From Catajapyx aquilonaris (Eukaryota): a stretch of 64,000 bases of DNA. The first letter of the stretch is position 1; each line of letters begins with the position of its first letter. The notes below the pieces were generated by a model. It did not search any database and was not told where the DNA came from. It saw nothing but the letters and a program-made list of their open reading frames with translations. Of the stretch, positions 38,301 through 51,277 are shown piece by piece. A program made the position numbers and the translations under genes. Where the stretch lies: contig JYFJ02001333.1 in assembly GCA_000934665.2 (NCBI GenBank), forward strand, positions 1-64,000, read 5' to 3'.

Positions 38301-38936
38301 ATAAAGTGAAAAGTTACATATATCTGGAGCTGACCTTCAAACACAGTAGGGATTTAAAAAGGCAATCGAGGCTGACCCTATTGTTAGTTTATCTAGAGTC
38401 GCTGTTCAAGTTACTTAACTACCTTTTCAATCCAATATACCCACACGCATTGCATGTAAAACAAAGCAATAAAATGGTTGGCAGTGTACAGGGTGGGCTG
38501 AAAGTCTTATCACATTCTCATAATTTCTGAGCCAGTATACGTGTGAGGGAAGTCCAAAATGTAACAGTTACCAAATGAACCGAATTTCATAGTGACCATG
38601 GATCTTCTGTAGTTCACTAGCTATAGCCAACGTTTCATTTCCATTATGCAAAAGTCAGTTCTTCAGATTCTCACCTAAAGATTTATCAGGAGTATTATGC
38701 TCACTTCCTGTTGGACCTGCATCACTTCCATAACCTCCATCATCCCTTCCATGGTGACCATGAGGTGCAGGGCTTGACATCCCCATCTTGGCGCCAACGT
38801 GGTCCTCCCACATAGCTCCTCCACCTCCCTTGCTGCCCCCCTCCGAGAACACAGAAGAGAACATCTCCTCATCAGAACTGTCCGACCTTTCCACCTTTAT
38901 GGACCGTCCAATACGGTCTGAGGGTTCTCTCATCAT
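35355..38936 (-). CDS. Myb/SANT-like (trihelix, MSANTD-type) DNA-binding protein (~614 aa)
   Basis: Exons 38936-38675, 38173-37854, 37328-37073, 36681-36378, 36057-35355 in frame; NFSHEEIIALLGIW...LWASIAAYMQEKGFDRDDNECKVKIGNLKAEY...WPYWDKMHAII, then coiled coil and low-complexity G/A/P tracts. Confidence 0.85.
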
Positions 38937-40400
38937 CCTCTTCTTGCTATCTTCTTCTCATCTACTCCCTACTCACTCCGCAGGTGGTTAGGTCAATCAA
39001 ATCACAGCCAACTTATTCATTGCCAGAAATGCTGTCACAGCCTCATCAGTCCTCTTCTTTGGACCCCTCTGAAATAACAGCAGGGTTACAGTTTTACGTT
39101 AGAGTATGATTGTCTGATTTTATATTGGTCAATAATTAAGTAGTGCTTCCCATCCAAGCTAAAGCCAGAGGTTACCCAACTCTACACAACATGAACTAGG
39201 GAGGAAGGCTCTTGCTTAGAATGAAACCCAGGACCTTTCCACCTGTGGAGACATGCATGACTTCCGTCCCACTCTGCTTCCCTAAGTAATGCATCTATGA
39301 GGCAATCAAATCAAAATTGGCAAAGAAAATTCTTAAAGCCAGGTGTTGGCTCACAAAATTTGAGCAAGTTTTGGTATTGTGGCTCTTATCATTGTGGTGC
39401 TTAATGTCTTTGATGTGACATGCTCAACTGGCATTGTAATTGTGATGGTGAGCATCTGCAAAAAACCGTAGGAAAATGCAAACACCACTTGGTCTCATTA
39501 AGTTCTGCTATCGTAAAGAAGGGTTATGTCCCACAAAATATTCGACTCTAGCAATGGCACGAGTAGCAGAAAATGGTTTTTCAATAATTCACATAATTCC
39601 TCAATATTCCAGCCTATCCCTTACCTCATTCATTGTATACCAACATGGAGTTATTCATTTTACAAAGCACATAACTTTGATTCAGAGTGGTAGGCTATAA
39701 AAGATGAACACTTCCTCTTAGGCTAAGGTTCCTTGTGGTATTCTATGGCAAATAATTTCTCTGGTTGGTTATGTGAATTCAGCTCCATAATGGAAATAAC
39801 TTCACTTGAAATAGCATAATGGCATGGTCTGCACTGGCTTGCATGCTTGGGCAGAAGGGAAAGGGTAAGAACAAATGGTGGGACCAATATCCTTACATCT
39901 TTATGCATCGATGCGAATTTTTTTTGTGTTTCAGAAAATACTTATCAAGTACAATACTCAAATGGCCTCCAACATCGCCCTTACCCTGTTCCTCCAGCCC
40001 AAGTATACCAGCCAATGACAATACAAGATTTCAAGTGCGATTATGTGTCTTGGAGCTGAAATCGACAAAATCAACTACAGTTACTTCGCTTTAGAACACC
40101 TCAAAGAACTGCATCCAAAAGAGGAAGTGTGCACCTCTTGTAATGTTAACCAGCTGTATTGTTAACAAACCTTTTTGTGGGTTAAGAATTTTTATCCAGA
40201 ATTTCATAAGATGGATGTACAAGTTGCACATTTACCTAATGTAATCAGAAACTAATGTCCCATATGTGCAATAACATGAAAGTAGACAACAATGCCACAA
40301 CTGTAACCCTACTGGCGGCAGGTACAAAAACTTTGTCCCTGTTAATATGGACAGCAACAGGCAAAAAAAAACACACACACACACACTATGCAAACTCTTA

Positions 40401-40828
40401 GGGCCTAGCCACACTAGACGGAATCTCCGGACGGAAATTCCGGTGCGGTCCGCTCAAAATTTTCAAACACATGGAAGTAAACTGGATTCCGTCGGGATGA
40501 GACACACACGACGGTTTTTCCGTTGTTCCGTCGAGCACCAGCGGAAGACCCAGCGGAAGAAATCCGTTCCGTTTTCCGTCGGGGGCAATAATCCCACTGC
40601 AATGTATAGATTCCGGCGGGGCATGGCCACATCCCGACGGAGAAAGAGGGTCAGGTGCACCCTTCTTCTCGCCCTGGGCATTTTCTTGCAAGGAAGAAGG
40701 AGTTGTTTTTCACTAGTGGGCCGCAAGGCGGCAGCACAGTCGACGGAAATTCCGCATGACAAAAAGAACCTTCCGGACAACCGCACCGGAATCTCCGTCC
40801 GGAGATTCCGTCTAGTGTGGCTAGGCCC
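40401..40828. mobile_element. PIF/Harbinger-type MITE
   Basis: TTA TSD; near-perfect ~48-bp TIR gggcctagccacactagacggaatctccggacgga.attccggtgcgg. Confidence 0.85.
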
Positions 40829-42349
40829 TTAGTACTACATACTCATAAGCTTTTAGCTACTGTAAGAAATGGTTTATTTCTCACGCTTGTGTAGGTGACA
40901 TTAAAAACCACGCAGGTGGCAAGTTAATTGCAAAAGCTTTTTTATAAACAAACCATCACACACACATGGTCAAGGAAAATCACACTCTTTCTTTGTATAT
41001 TCCTATTGCCACATTAAATCTCCTTGCAACCAATCAAGTTGTAGTTGCAGACTGGAAAACACTCCTACAGAATGAGAAAATGCATTTTTACTTGCACCAG
41101 CTTGACCGTGAGCTTGACCTATTATTAAGAGTCCAACATAAAAAGTCTATGACTATTCTTCTGAAATGCCTGTGTGACAGCTCAAATTCATCATTAACGT
41201 TGCAGGTGTGCCAGAGTGCCGTCGTTAAAAAGTAATCATTTTCTCATTTAGGGAGTTGAACCCACCAGACATGGACGCATGACGAGCACTTTTGAAACAA
41301 ACCACTTCCTACTAAACAACATCTGAACATATAAATAATTTGTTAATAATTCATAGCAAATACGATGTAAAAAAAAACAACAGTAGCTACTTATGAAGCT
41401 GGGGAAATCACGTATAGTTTGATAATGACATACATCATCACAAGTGCATATGGTGAGTAATAAAAGAATCGCCTGGAAGCTGTATAAGTTTGCACATGAA
41501 CAGATGGTTTACCAGTTGTATACTGCAGGATAGGGAAGGTCGTGAATCACTAATTGGCAGCTGCTTAACTATACGAATAAAAGGGAACTTGGGTTCGAAT
41601 GACAAACATTTTGCTGAATAGCTAATTTCCTTCGTGTGTCAACATCAATTTGCTTCTGCATGGAGGCATGCACCACCTCAGTTAAAACAAACACAAACAA
41701 AACAAAAAAAGTTATTTCTGCTGCAAGGTTTCAATGAGTTCACTGAAAAATCATTGATGTTTCTATCAAACATGAACTTGCAGCATCACATTTTAAGCTT
41801 TGTGACTTTGTTCTTCTGACAGCGAGCAGAGAGCCACAAGAATAATGATGGAAGATCAGAAGATCCGATAAGTTCACTGCTGGTGATGCACCTAGTTTGT
41901 GCTCGACTTTCCTCATGGCAATAGCAATAGGTCTTACGTCCACAAAAATACCAAATCCCCCACCACACAAAACAACAATACAATGTGCTACAGAAGCTAG
42001 AATGCTATAAGTATATGAATGCCATTGGACCCCTTGATCAGGGCAGTATCCTCAGACAATGAACAATGCACTGATGAGCATTGCATCAACATAATGCCAA
42101 ATGCTACTCTAGGAGAACTTCAAATGTTTGATGTGAACTTTATGGCAGGCTATCAACTGGCTCAGCCAGCTTTCTATTATTGTTAAGCTTCTGCCAGTGG
42201 TCTACTACAATTGAGCACTTTTGCTTTTGTTTAGTCAAGCAAGCCATCAGGCCTACAACAAATTTATGTAACTTGTACTCCCACAGCCAATGAATCACCA
42301 CCATCAGACGTTACATCGCACAATATCAGCCTGAAACTGTACTTGAATA

Positions 42350-42500
42350 CACTGTAAACCACAAAACATTAAAAGAGCATCACTAGCGAGTCTCCCACGG
42401 AGCATCAATTTTTTAAATGCTCTTGTGTTGCTTTTTGGCAACAAAAAAACATCACAAGCGGACGCTCCATGGGGTCTTTTAACGTGTGTGGTTTACGGTG
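42350..42500. mobile_element. Internally deleted copy of the 56368-56588 MITE
   Basis: cactgtaaaccacaaaacattaaaagagcatcact shared with 56368-56588; ends ggtttacggtg. Confidence 0.7.
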
Positions 42501-42539
42501 TTCACGCTGCAAGGTTGGTCAGGGTTACATGTCGACACG

Positions 42540-43170
42540 ACTTACGGTAAATGCGCATGCCTCCAGTTGGTGTACGACCAACGTTCTGTAACCTCACCGT
42601 GCTCTGCATGTTCCAACCCTCCCAGCCCAACTAGGCTTGTCCAGTGTACCTCATCAGCTCACCTGGTGTTCCCTCCATCCCTTCTGTTCCGTGTCCGGGC
42701 AGGCACGCCCCTGTGCTCCACACACCCACACACACACTACCCGGCGCGTCCCTCTCTCTCTCTCTCTCAGCCTGGGAACATGACTCCGGGGCTAAATCCG
42801 GGCGGTTCGATGTCTGCCCGTGTCACGCACCGCACCGCACGCAGCCTGCTGCTCCTTCCAACCGCAATCGCTGGCTGTGCTGCACGCCTAATCTACCTGC
42901 CACCCACGGGGGATAGGGGGCGGGCCGGGCGGCCTCTAGACCTCCTCGTCTCTCTCTCTCTACCACACACTGCACGGGCCCCGCCACCGGGGAAAGGGTC
43001 GAGGGCGGGCGGGCAAGGAAGGGCTCTGAGGGAATAGTAAAAAAGAAAGAAGGGGAAGATTACAGCAGGGACTCGGGGGGGGTGTGGGTAGTGTGGATGA
43101 TCGCGCACCACGCAGCTCACAACGCTCATCGGATTTGTAGTACTATATCGATGCGACGTATCGATGCAGC
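42540..43170 (-). promoter_or_regulatory. CpG-rich probable promoter/first exon of the Myb/SANT-like gene
   Basis: GC-rich block, GC boxes, minus-strand donor-like sites (~42545, ~42663), two TATCGATG DRE-like motifs at ~43146 and ~43159. Confidence 0.5.
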
Positions 43171-43243
43171 CCACCCGGTTCAAATCAGGCATTATTACAG
43201 TAATATTGTTCTGTACTGTACTGTACGTATACTCATACACGGT

Positions 43244-43315
43244 ATCATCATCATCATCATCACCACCACCACCTCCTCCATCATCATCATCATCATCATA
43301 ATCAAGCACCACCAC

Positions 43316-43347
<32 letters not shown>

Positions 43348-43364
43348 TAATCAAGCACCACCAC

Positions 43365-43427
<63 letters not shown>

Positions 43428-43428
43428 A
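43244..43428. repeat. (ATC)n microsatellite with an internally duplicated unit
   Basis: Runs of catcatcat separated by a repeated aatcaagcaccaccacctc. Confidence 0.95.
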
Positions 43429-44238
43429 ATTCACAATCTGTCACTCCACCCCATAAACAAGTTGACTCATAACATCTTGCTCATCACCTACAGTAGCTTT
43501 CACTTTCCTTATTCAACAATTAGAGGACAGAGTAGTATCTGGTAGTATATAGTGCCCGGTGGTGATTCACTTAGATGACTGTCACTTACAAAAGTTGGGA
43601 ACACACCTTGATTTTGTTTTTTTAGCATATAAAAGAACATATTTTTTTAAAAAAAGGTGACGCGTAAGTTTTGCATGGCTTAGCGGTCATAGTGACACAA
43701 GTGGTGTGTGTGTGTGAGTTTCAGCTTCAGGGCTTTCCAAACATATTTATTATTGGCAATGTTACAACCTTACCCTGTTACAACCAACCCCAATCTCCCT
43801 TATAACATCATGGAGGAAGGTCAGATGGATCATGTTTCAATATCTCAAAAAGGTCGTGAAGCTCTCTGACTGTTTTTGACAATTGCCTGCAAAGTCAATG
43901 TGGGGTTGGGAAAGCATTTAAAAATTTCTACAAACAGTAGCCTACAATTAAAGTGTATTTAATGACACCAATGCAACACTGATTCCTCTGAATATATTCA
44001 CTTTTTTTTTGTTTCTTATAATATCTTGCATACAGTAGGTATAGAAGAACATCCTTGCTTATAATTGCTATATCTGCTGAAGTCAGCAAAAACATCGCAT
44101 TATAATCATCCTCATCAGAGCTTTACAATCATAGTCAGAACCTTGCGGACGACTCAACAACAATAAATTAAAATATCTGATAAATATGAAGTAAATAAAT
44201 ACACTGTACTCCTGATTATCCAGGGGGTTGGATTCATC

Positions 44239-44346
44239 AAATGTCATAAGTCAAATTTTCGTTGCAACTGGTAGTAACCATAGGTAATGAATTATTAGTA
44301 TCTATGGTTATTACCGGTTATTACGAAAATTTGACTTGCGACATTT
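44239..44346. repeat. ~108-bp imperfect palindrome
   Basis: aaatgtcataagtcaaattttcgt...acgaaaatttgacttgcgacattt. Confidence 0.75.
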
Positions 44347-44348
44347 AA

Positions 44349-44845
44349 GGCGGCGCAGTACCAAAAAAATTCGGTAACAATCCAAGCCCTTGGCGAAGAC
44401 CTAAACAAACTCGCTTATGCATGAGCAGCATACGGGGATTCGACATGTCTACATTTCTGGGGACGCATGGCTGCAAAAATGGTTCAATCGACATAGAAAT
44501 TGCATAGAAAATTAGTAGATGATCTGGCACAGGTGCACTAGTTCATCTTTTTCCCATTTTCGGCCTAGAAGTGTCAGTTAGGACGAGTTGAAGTGAGTGG
44601 AAAACGAAGCTTTCGAAAAGTCCATTTGAATAACATGGGAGGCAGAAATTGCATGAAAATCGGACACACTTCTGTGGACATATGTCCACAATTTTAATGC
44701 AATCTTGTCGAGTATGGTATCATTGTAAAGGCCAACCCTTTGCGCAGGTGCCCTAGTTCGTGTTTTTCCAGATTAATGCCTTGTTTCGCCACAAAAATTA
44801 AAGTTCCCTCAAAAAAGCCCACAATATTTTTACTACTGCGCCGCC
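44349..44845. mobile_element. TIR element, possibly Kolobok-like
   Basis: ttaa|ggcggcgcagta ... tactgcgccgcc|ttca: GG..CC termini with TTAA-like flanks. Confidence 0.55.
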
Positions 44846-45550
44846 TTCATGAATCCACCCCCAGGTGCGGATTATTATCTGTGCATCGCCACAAACAAAA
44901 GTTAGAAATTCAAGTCCGAAAGAATGCCAATATATCTCACAAACACAGAAATATAGCAGACTTTATCCAGAAGACAAAATAAAAATCTATGGTAAATGTT
45001 ATTTTTTTCCGATTAAACCTTATTCCAGTGCTTCCCAAAATGTGGGTCACGAACATAATATATGTAGAACCATTTCCAGATCATCCGTGTTTTCTGATTA
45101 TCCAGACACACCTGTTCATTAATCATCATGGATAATTGGTAGTACAGTGCATTGGAACTTTTCACTTAAATATCTGGTAACATCACAATTGAAAATGTCA
45201 TTCCTGATTCCACCTGAACATAACTTTCCAGAGACTTTGTTGTCTGGGCTTAATCCAAGGCAGGGAGTGGCAAAAGGTACCATGAAAAATAGTCTTGCGT
45301 ACTGTGACATCCCACTTTACTTTTCCAGCGGTCACCTACTTCTGCATACACTTCACACTTTGTTGCAAGCAGTTGTGCATTGTATTACGTTGGGATCGTC
45401 AGGTGGTCCGTTGTAGGATGACCAGCACTGGATGCTACTTGCATGTTTGGATGGCACAACCAATTCCTAGTTAGGTCGAGACCAGATGGGAAGTTTCTTG
45501 ATGTACCTGTAATCATTACTGGGTTAACCACTCACAGAGACAGTAATACT

Positions 45551-46681
45551 TTAACAACTGCAACATTGTGTCATTTCCTGACCTTGGTTGCAATGCTGAA
45601 TTGCAAGTATTGAAATCGCCTTGTTTACAAGGTATGATGACAAAAGGTCAGGGCTTTCGTCTGTGCAGTTTTTCTTGCCATTTTCTGCTTTCTTTTCATG
45701 TGGTTTTTGGGCAGTCTCCTCTGTTATCTGAGCAAGATCCTCTTTCGACAGACCTTTGGAGTTGTTTGAAGATTCATTCTTTGTACAGCTGGCATCATCA
45801 CGTGGAACTCCAAATGAAATTTTGTAAGATGTGTTGAATATTTTGCGGTACATGTTTTCGTAGGCCTTTGATTCTGGATACCTCTCTTTGTACATTAGGT
45901 AGAGCTTTCCTACAGAAAGATAAAATTTGGTAATTTAAATTAATATACCCTGTGTAAACAAGATCATGTAATGGGCGATACTTACTGACATTGAGATCTT
46001 CACTGAGGTAAAAGACCTTGGCTTTTTTTGTACTGTTATGTGACTTGTGAGCCATCAGTGACTTAATGTGCTCATGCACAGTCTGAATATCACTTTGTGG
46101 AACAAGACCGGGATTCTTTTTGTGTCTGCCACGTTGATCCTGAGGACTTCGAGCATACGTTGTGAGACTTTTCTTCAAGTATTGTAGCCGCCTGTTGGTA
46201 ATTCCAAAAATGCTCAGCATCGCCTTGTAGCAAACACGGATGTCCAAAGGACGCTCATCTCGGAGTACATGCAACTTGTACTTGTAAGAGTGGTCCTTCT
46301 CTTTAGCACCTGCACGTGGCCTTCTTCGCCTGACATGTCCGCACGTAATCATTGAGCAGAGGAACGCGTCCTGTTCATCTTTGGATCTGAGTATGTTCAT
46401 GTATGCGAGGAGTTCACATCTCTCCTGTTCAGTTACATTCTTGTAGCACTCCCATCTCACACACTTGCAATCTTCACCTGTAATGTTAAAATTATTATTA
46501 TTATTATCGCCCAGACTCTGCCAGTAAAATCAATATACAGACATATTTGTCGAGTAATGTCACCTGGCACATGTGATGCGAGTCTCAGCCTCTTCTTTTC
46601 TTCCCTAGCGTTGACCGTACCCCTCTTCCGCCTCTTTGGCTTGCTGGCCAGTTCAAGCGACGATTCCTGATCGCTCGACAT
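45551..46681 (-). CDS. Spliced DNA-transposase-derived ORF (~322 aa) apparently lacking the catalytic domain
   Basis: Exons 46681-46564, 46477-45986, 45909-45551 (969 nt, in frame); C-x-C..C N-terminus, EQDAFL, VCYKAMLSIFGIT..RL, DQRGRH, HIKSL..SH, YL.EDLN...LY..Y, YRKIFN...ISFG.PR.D, resembling Sola1/Chapaev-like transposase N-termini (family uncertain). Confidence 0.65.
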
Positions 46682-47375
46682 CCCTTTTTCTTCAATCACC
46701 ACCACCAGTACAAGAACTCAGGAAGATGTTCCATTCCAATATCCGAGTTTTCGAATATTTCCGCACCAGGGCGCTGGGGTGCCACATTTTCATTCTTAAT
46801 CCACATGCTGAATATTTGGAATTTAACCTCGTAGTGAATATTTAGATTTTTCATTTTTTATAATTCGGTAAAATCGACGTATTGTGCAAGACGGCCATTA
46901 CAGGGCGGGCCATTCGAATATTTCCACATTATAAACACAGTACATTATCAAAGAAGCCAATAGAAAAGGGCCAGTGTTAATAATAGGTTAGGATGTAAGT
47001 TTAACCGTGGAAATGCCCCTGTTAAATGAGTAACAATGTGCTTACAAAACTTAGCCATATAGTACACAATGGAGCATTTATCCTCTGCATAGCCCTGGAA
47101 AGATGGGATCATTGTAAACACAAAGCATAAACCAAATAAGAAACAAAAAAATGGAAAAATTTGGGCAGTATTTCTATAGTACTCAGCTTCTTGAATCATG
47201 AGTATATGAGTGGAAATAATTACAGACAAAATCACATCAATTTTTCATTCTTCTTGTCACAATAAAAAAATATAATGACGATCCATCCTCTGAATATGCG
47301 CAAGGAACACTTTTAATCTGGGACTGCAATATTGTAAATTGACCATGTCAACTAAGAATCTTAGAGTCTCAGCAA

Positions 47376-47566
47376 TGTACTATTAACCGCAGAGTAATGT
47401 CACACTGTCGTTATGTGACGGAATCCACGACTTGGTGTTTAGCATGGGTTTGCCGAGTTACAGATGTTAATTTGGCAATATTCCGCAATCCACAACCCAT
47501 GCTAAACAACAAGTCGATGACACCATCACATAACAATGCGACAGTACTTTTGCGGTTAATAGTACA
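47376..47566. mobile_element. MITE
   Basis: tgtactattaaccgca.agta..gtc.ca.tgt / acagtacttttgcggttaatagtaca. Confidence 0.7.
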
Positions 47567-47735
47567 CATATTTATCAAGGGGTGGTACGTCCTTCAGATG
47601 CAGCCATATTACTCTTTCTGGTGTAAAATACTCAACATTGAGTTTTTGACTACTGACTGCAAGTACAAAATTATAAAAACAACATGATGAATCCTTAACA
47701 GAATTATTATGCAAAAGTCTGCTACACCATGTGCC

Positions 47736-50700
47736 TTAAATCTCAAAGCTTAGTTCCTGAGTTATGTGAGAAAGATCGTTGATCTGGTCAGTTCGCAACC
47801 TCTCTGCAACCTGATTCACCTTGGCCTTCAGAGAGTGCACCACATGAGATCCATAGTTTCCCCCATGCCTTAAAGTCTTTTCATAGAAAGCTTGATACGT
47901 CAGGTAGAGCACCTCATCTCTCCGCAAATGTTCACAGCAGCCTTGAAGAGACATTCTTGCCCTCTTGGCCGGCAAGCCAAAATCAGTAGTAGCCCTCCGC
48001 TTGGTTCTCTTGTGACACTTGTCCTCACTAAGACACTCATTCACATTTGTGCACTGTAGTTCCACCTGTTGGCACTTGTTCCCAAATATACAGTCTGCAG
48101 GACTGCTTTCAGTGGGATGACCATAGTCGCCCCCAAAGCGCCAACTGCCACCACGCAGCATGTCCCACAGCCTGTCCCCAAACCCCAAGATGCAGTTTAT
48201 CAGAAATTTAGGGTTGTCCCTGAATGGCTGATGAGGACCCTTGCTACATTTTTTAGGAAAGGCAAGAAGGATGCCATGAAAACGCAGGGAGGCCATAAGG
48301 CAGGCCTGCCATACATTCCTCCTGATGCGCTCCAGAGAGTTGTAGGTGGGATCCACCAACATCGAGCCACACTTCAGGGTGTAGGGCATCCGGCGGAGGC
48401 TATTGCGGAGGGCTAGGCCAGGCTTGGCACACCGACTCATTCGCATAGAATGGATCATATCTTGTGATGAGTAACTACTGTAGTCGCCACGGGTGTGCAG
48501 AGTGCTGGGATCCAGTTGGATACCACAGAAGGAAAACCATGCATCAGACCTCAAGCAGTTGACCTGAAGGAGAAATAAGCTATGAAGTTGAATCTTATAA
48601 TTACTCCACCTACTATTAACAGAGTAGTTAATTACAAATGTTTTCTTTCACCCTTTTGAGATATCAGCTTCCGAAGAACACCATGAATGATACCATGCCA
48701 GAAATTCAACAACATCTGAAGCTTTGTGAGCAAGTGAGTACATATGCTTGTTACAAATTCAATCATACATGCAAAAGTTACTATTTTCTCATTTGTTCCC
48801 TTGATATTCCAGTTCAATTGATCTAGAAAAGTATTGATCATGCATTATCACTACAGCAAAGCAACTAACCATGGGATCAGGAAGATTGGTGGCTGTCTTA
48901 GTAACATTGATCTTGCAGCCATACTCAGCAATTCCACCAGACATCCTCTGCAAGAAACTCTCCGCCCTCTCCTGACATGGTGTTATGAACAAGTAGTCAT
49001 CCACTGCTCGAATGAATATTTCATCTCCATGCCCTGTATATTCTTTCAAGACAGTGGCATCCATGTGCCCATAGTACAAGTCACACAGTGCGGATGACAG
49101 ATTGGCACCCTGTGGAATGCCTCTTTTCATCTGGAACAGCTGACCTTTGAACCGAACTGTTGCAGATAGGTTCTGTATAATCTCATTTGCAATTATTGGC
49201 ACATTGACGTAGCCTACAACTTTGCGCTCTCCAATAACACAGTTTGGCAGCAGGTCCTCTGGGTAACCATCTCCAAGTAGGGTCACCTTTCGTGATTTCC
49301 CTACCTTTACAGGGTTGTTACGCAGTGGCCTTGAAATAACTAGTGCCATTTCCGGCAGGTTCTGGCTTGTGATCTCAATGAGTTGTTCTAGGACTTGCTT
49401 CATCTTTTCATGCAGTATGCTCCCATACGCATCACATATGTCAAGTCGAACGTAGTATAGCTTGTCGCCTGGTTCAAAACAGTTCTCCCGTAAATTACTC
49501 CACTTTTCATGCAGAAATGTCAGGTTGCGTGGGTTGACCCTGTCTGCATTCTTCTGCACCCAGTAATGTAGAAGCATAAGGTGTTTCTTGGTTTTTCCCA
49601 CAGGTACACTGGCAGGACGCATCATGAGCGGACGAATCCCATTCCCTTTGGGCATGAAGCGTAAGATTAGGTGATCCCCTGTGTTCTCTGGCTCCAGTTG
49701 TTCCTCCTGGTTATTCTCCAGGTTCACATCCTCAAATTCTGGCACAGTAAGAGGCTCCAGACACTTTTGCTTCAGCTTGTCTAAGGCCTCCACTTGCATA
49801 CCTTGCCACATTGGCTTGGGATAAAAATAGAGCTGATATCGGCGGCGATTCTGTGGAGTGACATACATGACACAGGATACCGCCACAAGGGCATAATGAA
49901 TCAAAAGCCAAGAAAACACCCGTGACAACAGTGATAACCGCAGTGAGTGCCTGGATATTGAGCCAAGCCATGCCACTCCTTTTACGCCCACTCCTGACAT
50001 GACCTGTCCCAGTGACATGACCTGATACTGTCCCATAAGCACTGCCTGCTTGGACACAGCCAATAATCGGTTGCGGTTTTTCTCAGTTCCCAGAAGCTCA
50101 ACAGGCACCACTTTTCGCAAAACAGTGCGCACGTACTTTGCTACCAGTTTTGGGTCAACACAACTGTTCAGTGAAGCACCGTTGCTTTTCACCAGACTCT
50201 TGAAGACAGACCAATACCTCGTGCTTTTGTGATTTTTGATAAAAGTTGCGAGAAGTGGTCTGAGGGGGTTGAGGGCCATGTTGGTTGACGTTATTTGCAT
50301 TACTCCAGGACCCACATCCTCTGTGATAATGGAATATACCAAGTGTTCTATTGGGTCACCTTGACGTACTTCCATTTGGGAGAGCACATGCTGCACAGGC
50401 CAGCTCATCCCGACAGTCGGGCTGTGCAGCATAGTCTTTATTGACACTGGATGTGACGCTCGGTAAGGGACTAATCCATCCGACGTCATCTTGACTGCCT
50501 TCGTCTTTCCACAAGGCAACACCTCCGTATTTATGTTGGTTGACGGGTACACTGATACTGTCATGACTGCAGTAGATCTCGACTCAGGCATTTGAGATGG
50601 AGCAACCACCGAGGGCATTTTTCCTGCCACCCTTTTCTTGCCTTTCACTTGCACTTTGATCTTCAGCGGTGACCCATTAAGCTGCAACCATATCCCCGGC

Positions 50701-51074
50701 TTCACCTCTCTAAACACGCAGCACTTGAGAACCAAAAACTTCAGAAGTGGCATCCCATACGAACTGTACAGCCTCTTCCAACAGGGATCCTTTTGAACCA
50801 TAAGCAGAAATTCACTCTCCATGCGATCTTCCGACTTGGTCACATACCTCCCAGCAAGTTGCTCACATGCTTCCTCAAAAGTTTGTATGGAGTCAGTAGG
50901 GGTCAAGTTAGGAGCATAGCTGTATGCAACTACAAGCTCCCCTAATGTGAAAGACGTAGGATTTGGCTGAATGTTCATAATAACTGACCCAGAATCCTTG
51001 CCTTCCAGGACATGTTTCGATATGAACTGAAGAAACGTTTCCACATGCGTATAGGTCTTAAGGAGCAGTTCCAT
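47736..51074 (-). CDS. TERT: Telomerase reverse transcriptase (~1010 aa, two exons)
   Basis: Exons 51074-48870 and 48563-47736 (phase-0 GT-AG intron); TEN/GQ-like W..L...G..LL..L....VF...W.QL.GSPL; QFP (VVPVELLGT.KN); T-like MYVTP..YQLYFYPKPMW; motifs 1/2 LRFMPKGNGIRPL; A LDICDAYGSI; B' GIPQGANLSSALCDLYY; C RAVDDYLFIT; D YGCKINVTKT; E WFSFCG. Confidence 0.95.
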
Positions 51075-51277
51075 CACTCCGGATGAATTTTTCTGCAGAT
51101 ATCAAGACGTATCAAGATGATCTATCTCTCCCTCTTGATGGCTTGTTTCTGTGCTGCCCCCTACGGCTGATGCCCCGGGGCCGCCCCTGCTCCAGTTACG
51201 CTCTCCCGCGCTCAATGCAAGCAGTCCACTGCCATTGCATGGATGTGATGGTGGTGGTACCTGGTGGTGGGAAAAAG

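Noticed and set aside
39140..39285. Degenerate SINE head on the minus strand (also ~41250)
   Set aside because: Only a weak B-box-like remnant with no definable ends
40347..40832. ORFs within the Harbinger-like element
   Set aside because: The element is only ~430 bp with no transposase motifs
42486..43429. ORFs with poly-His/Met/Asp/Ser runs
   Set aside because: Artefacts of a GC-rich promoter and the (ATC)n microsatellite
48789..51077. Retrotransposon (LINE/Penelope) reverse transcriptase
   Set aside because: TERT-specific TEN/QFP/T motifs are present; no endonuclease domain, LTRs or TSD
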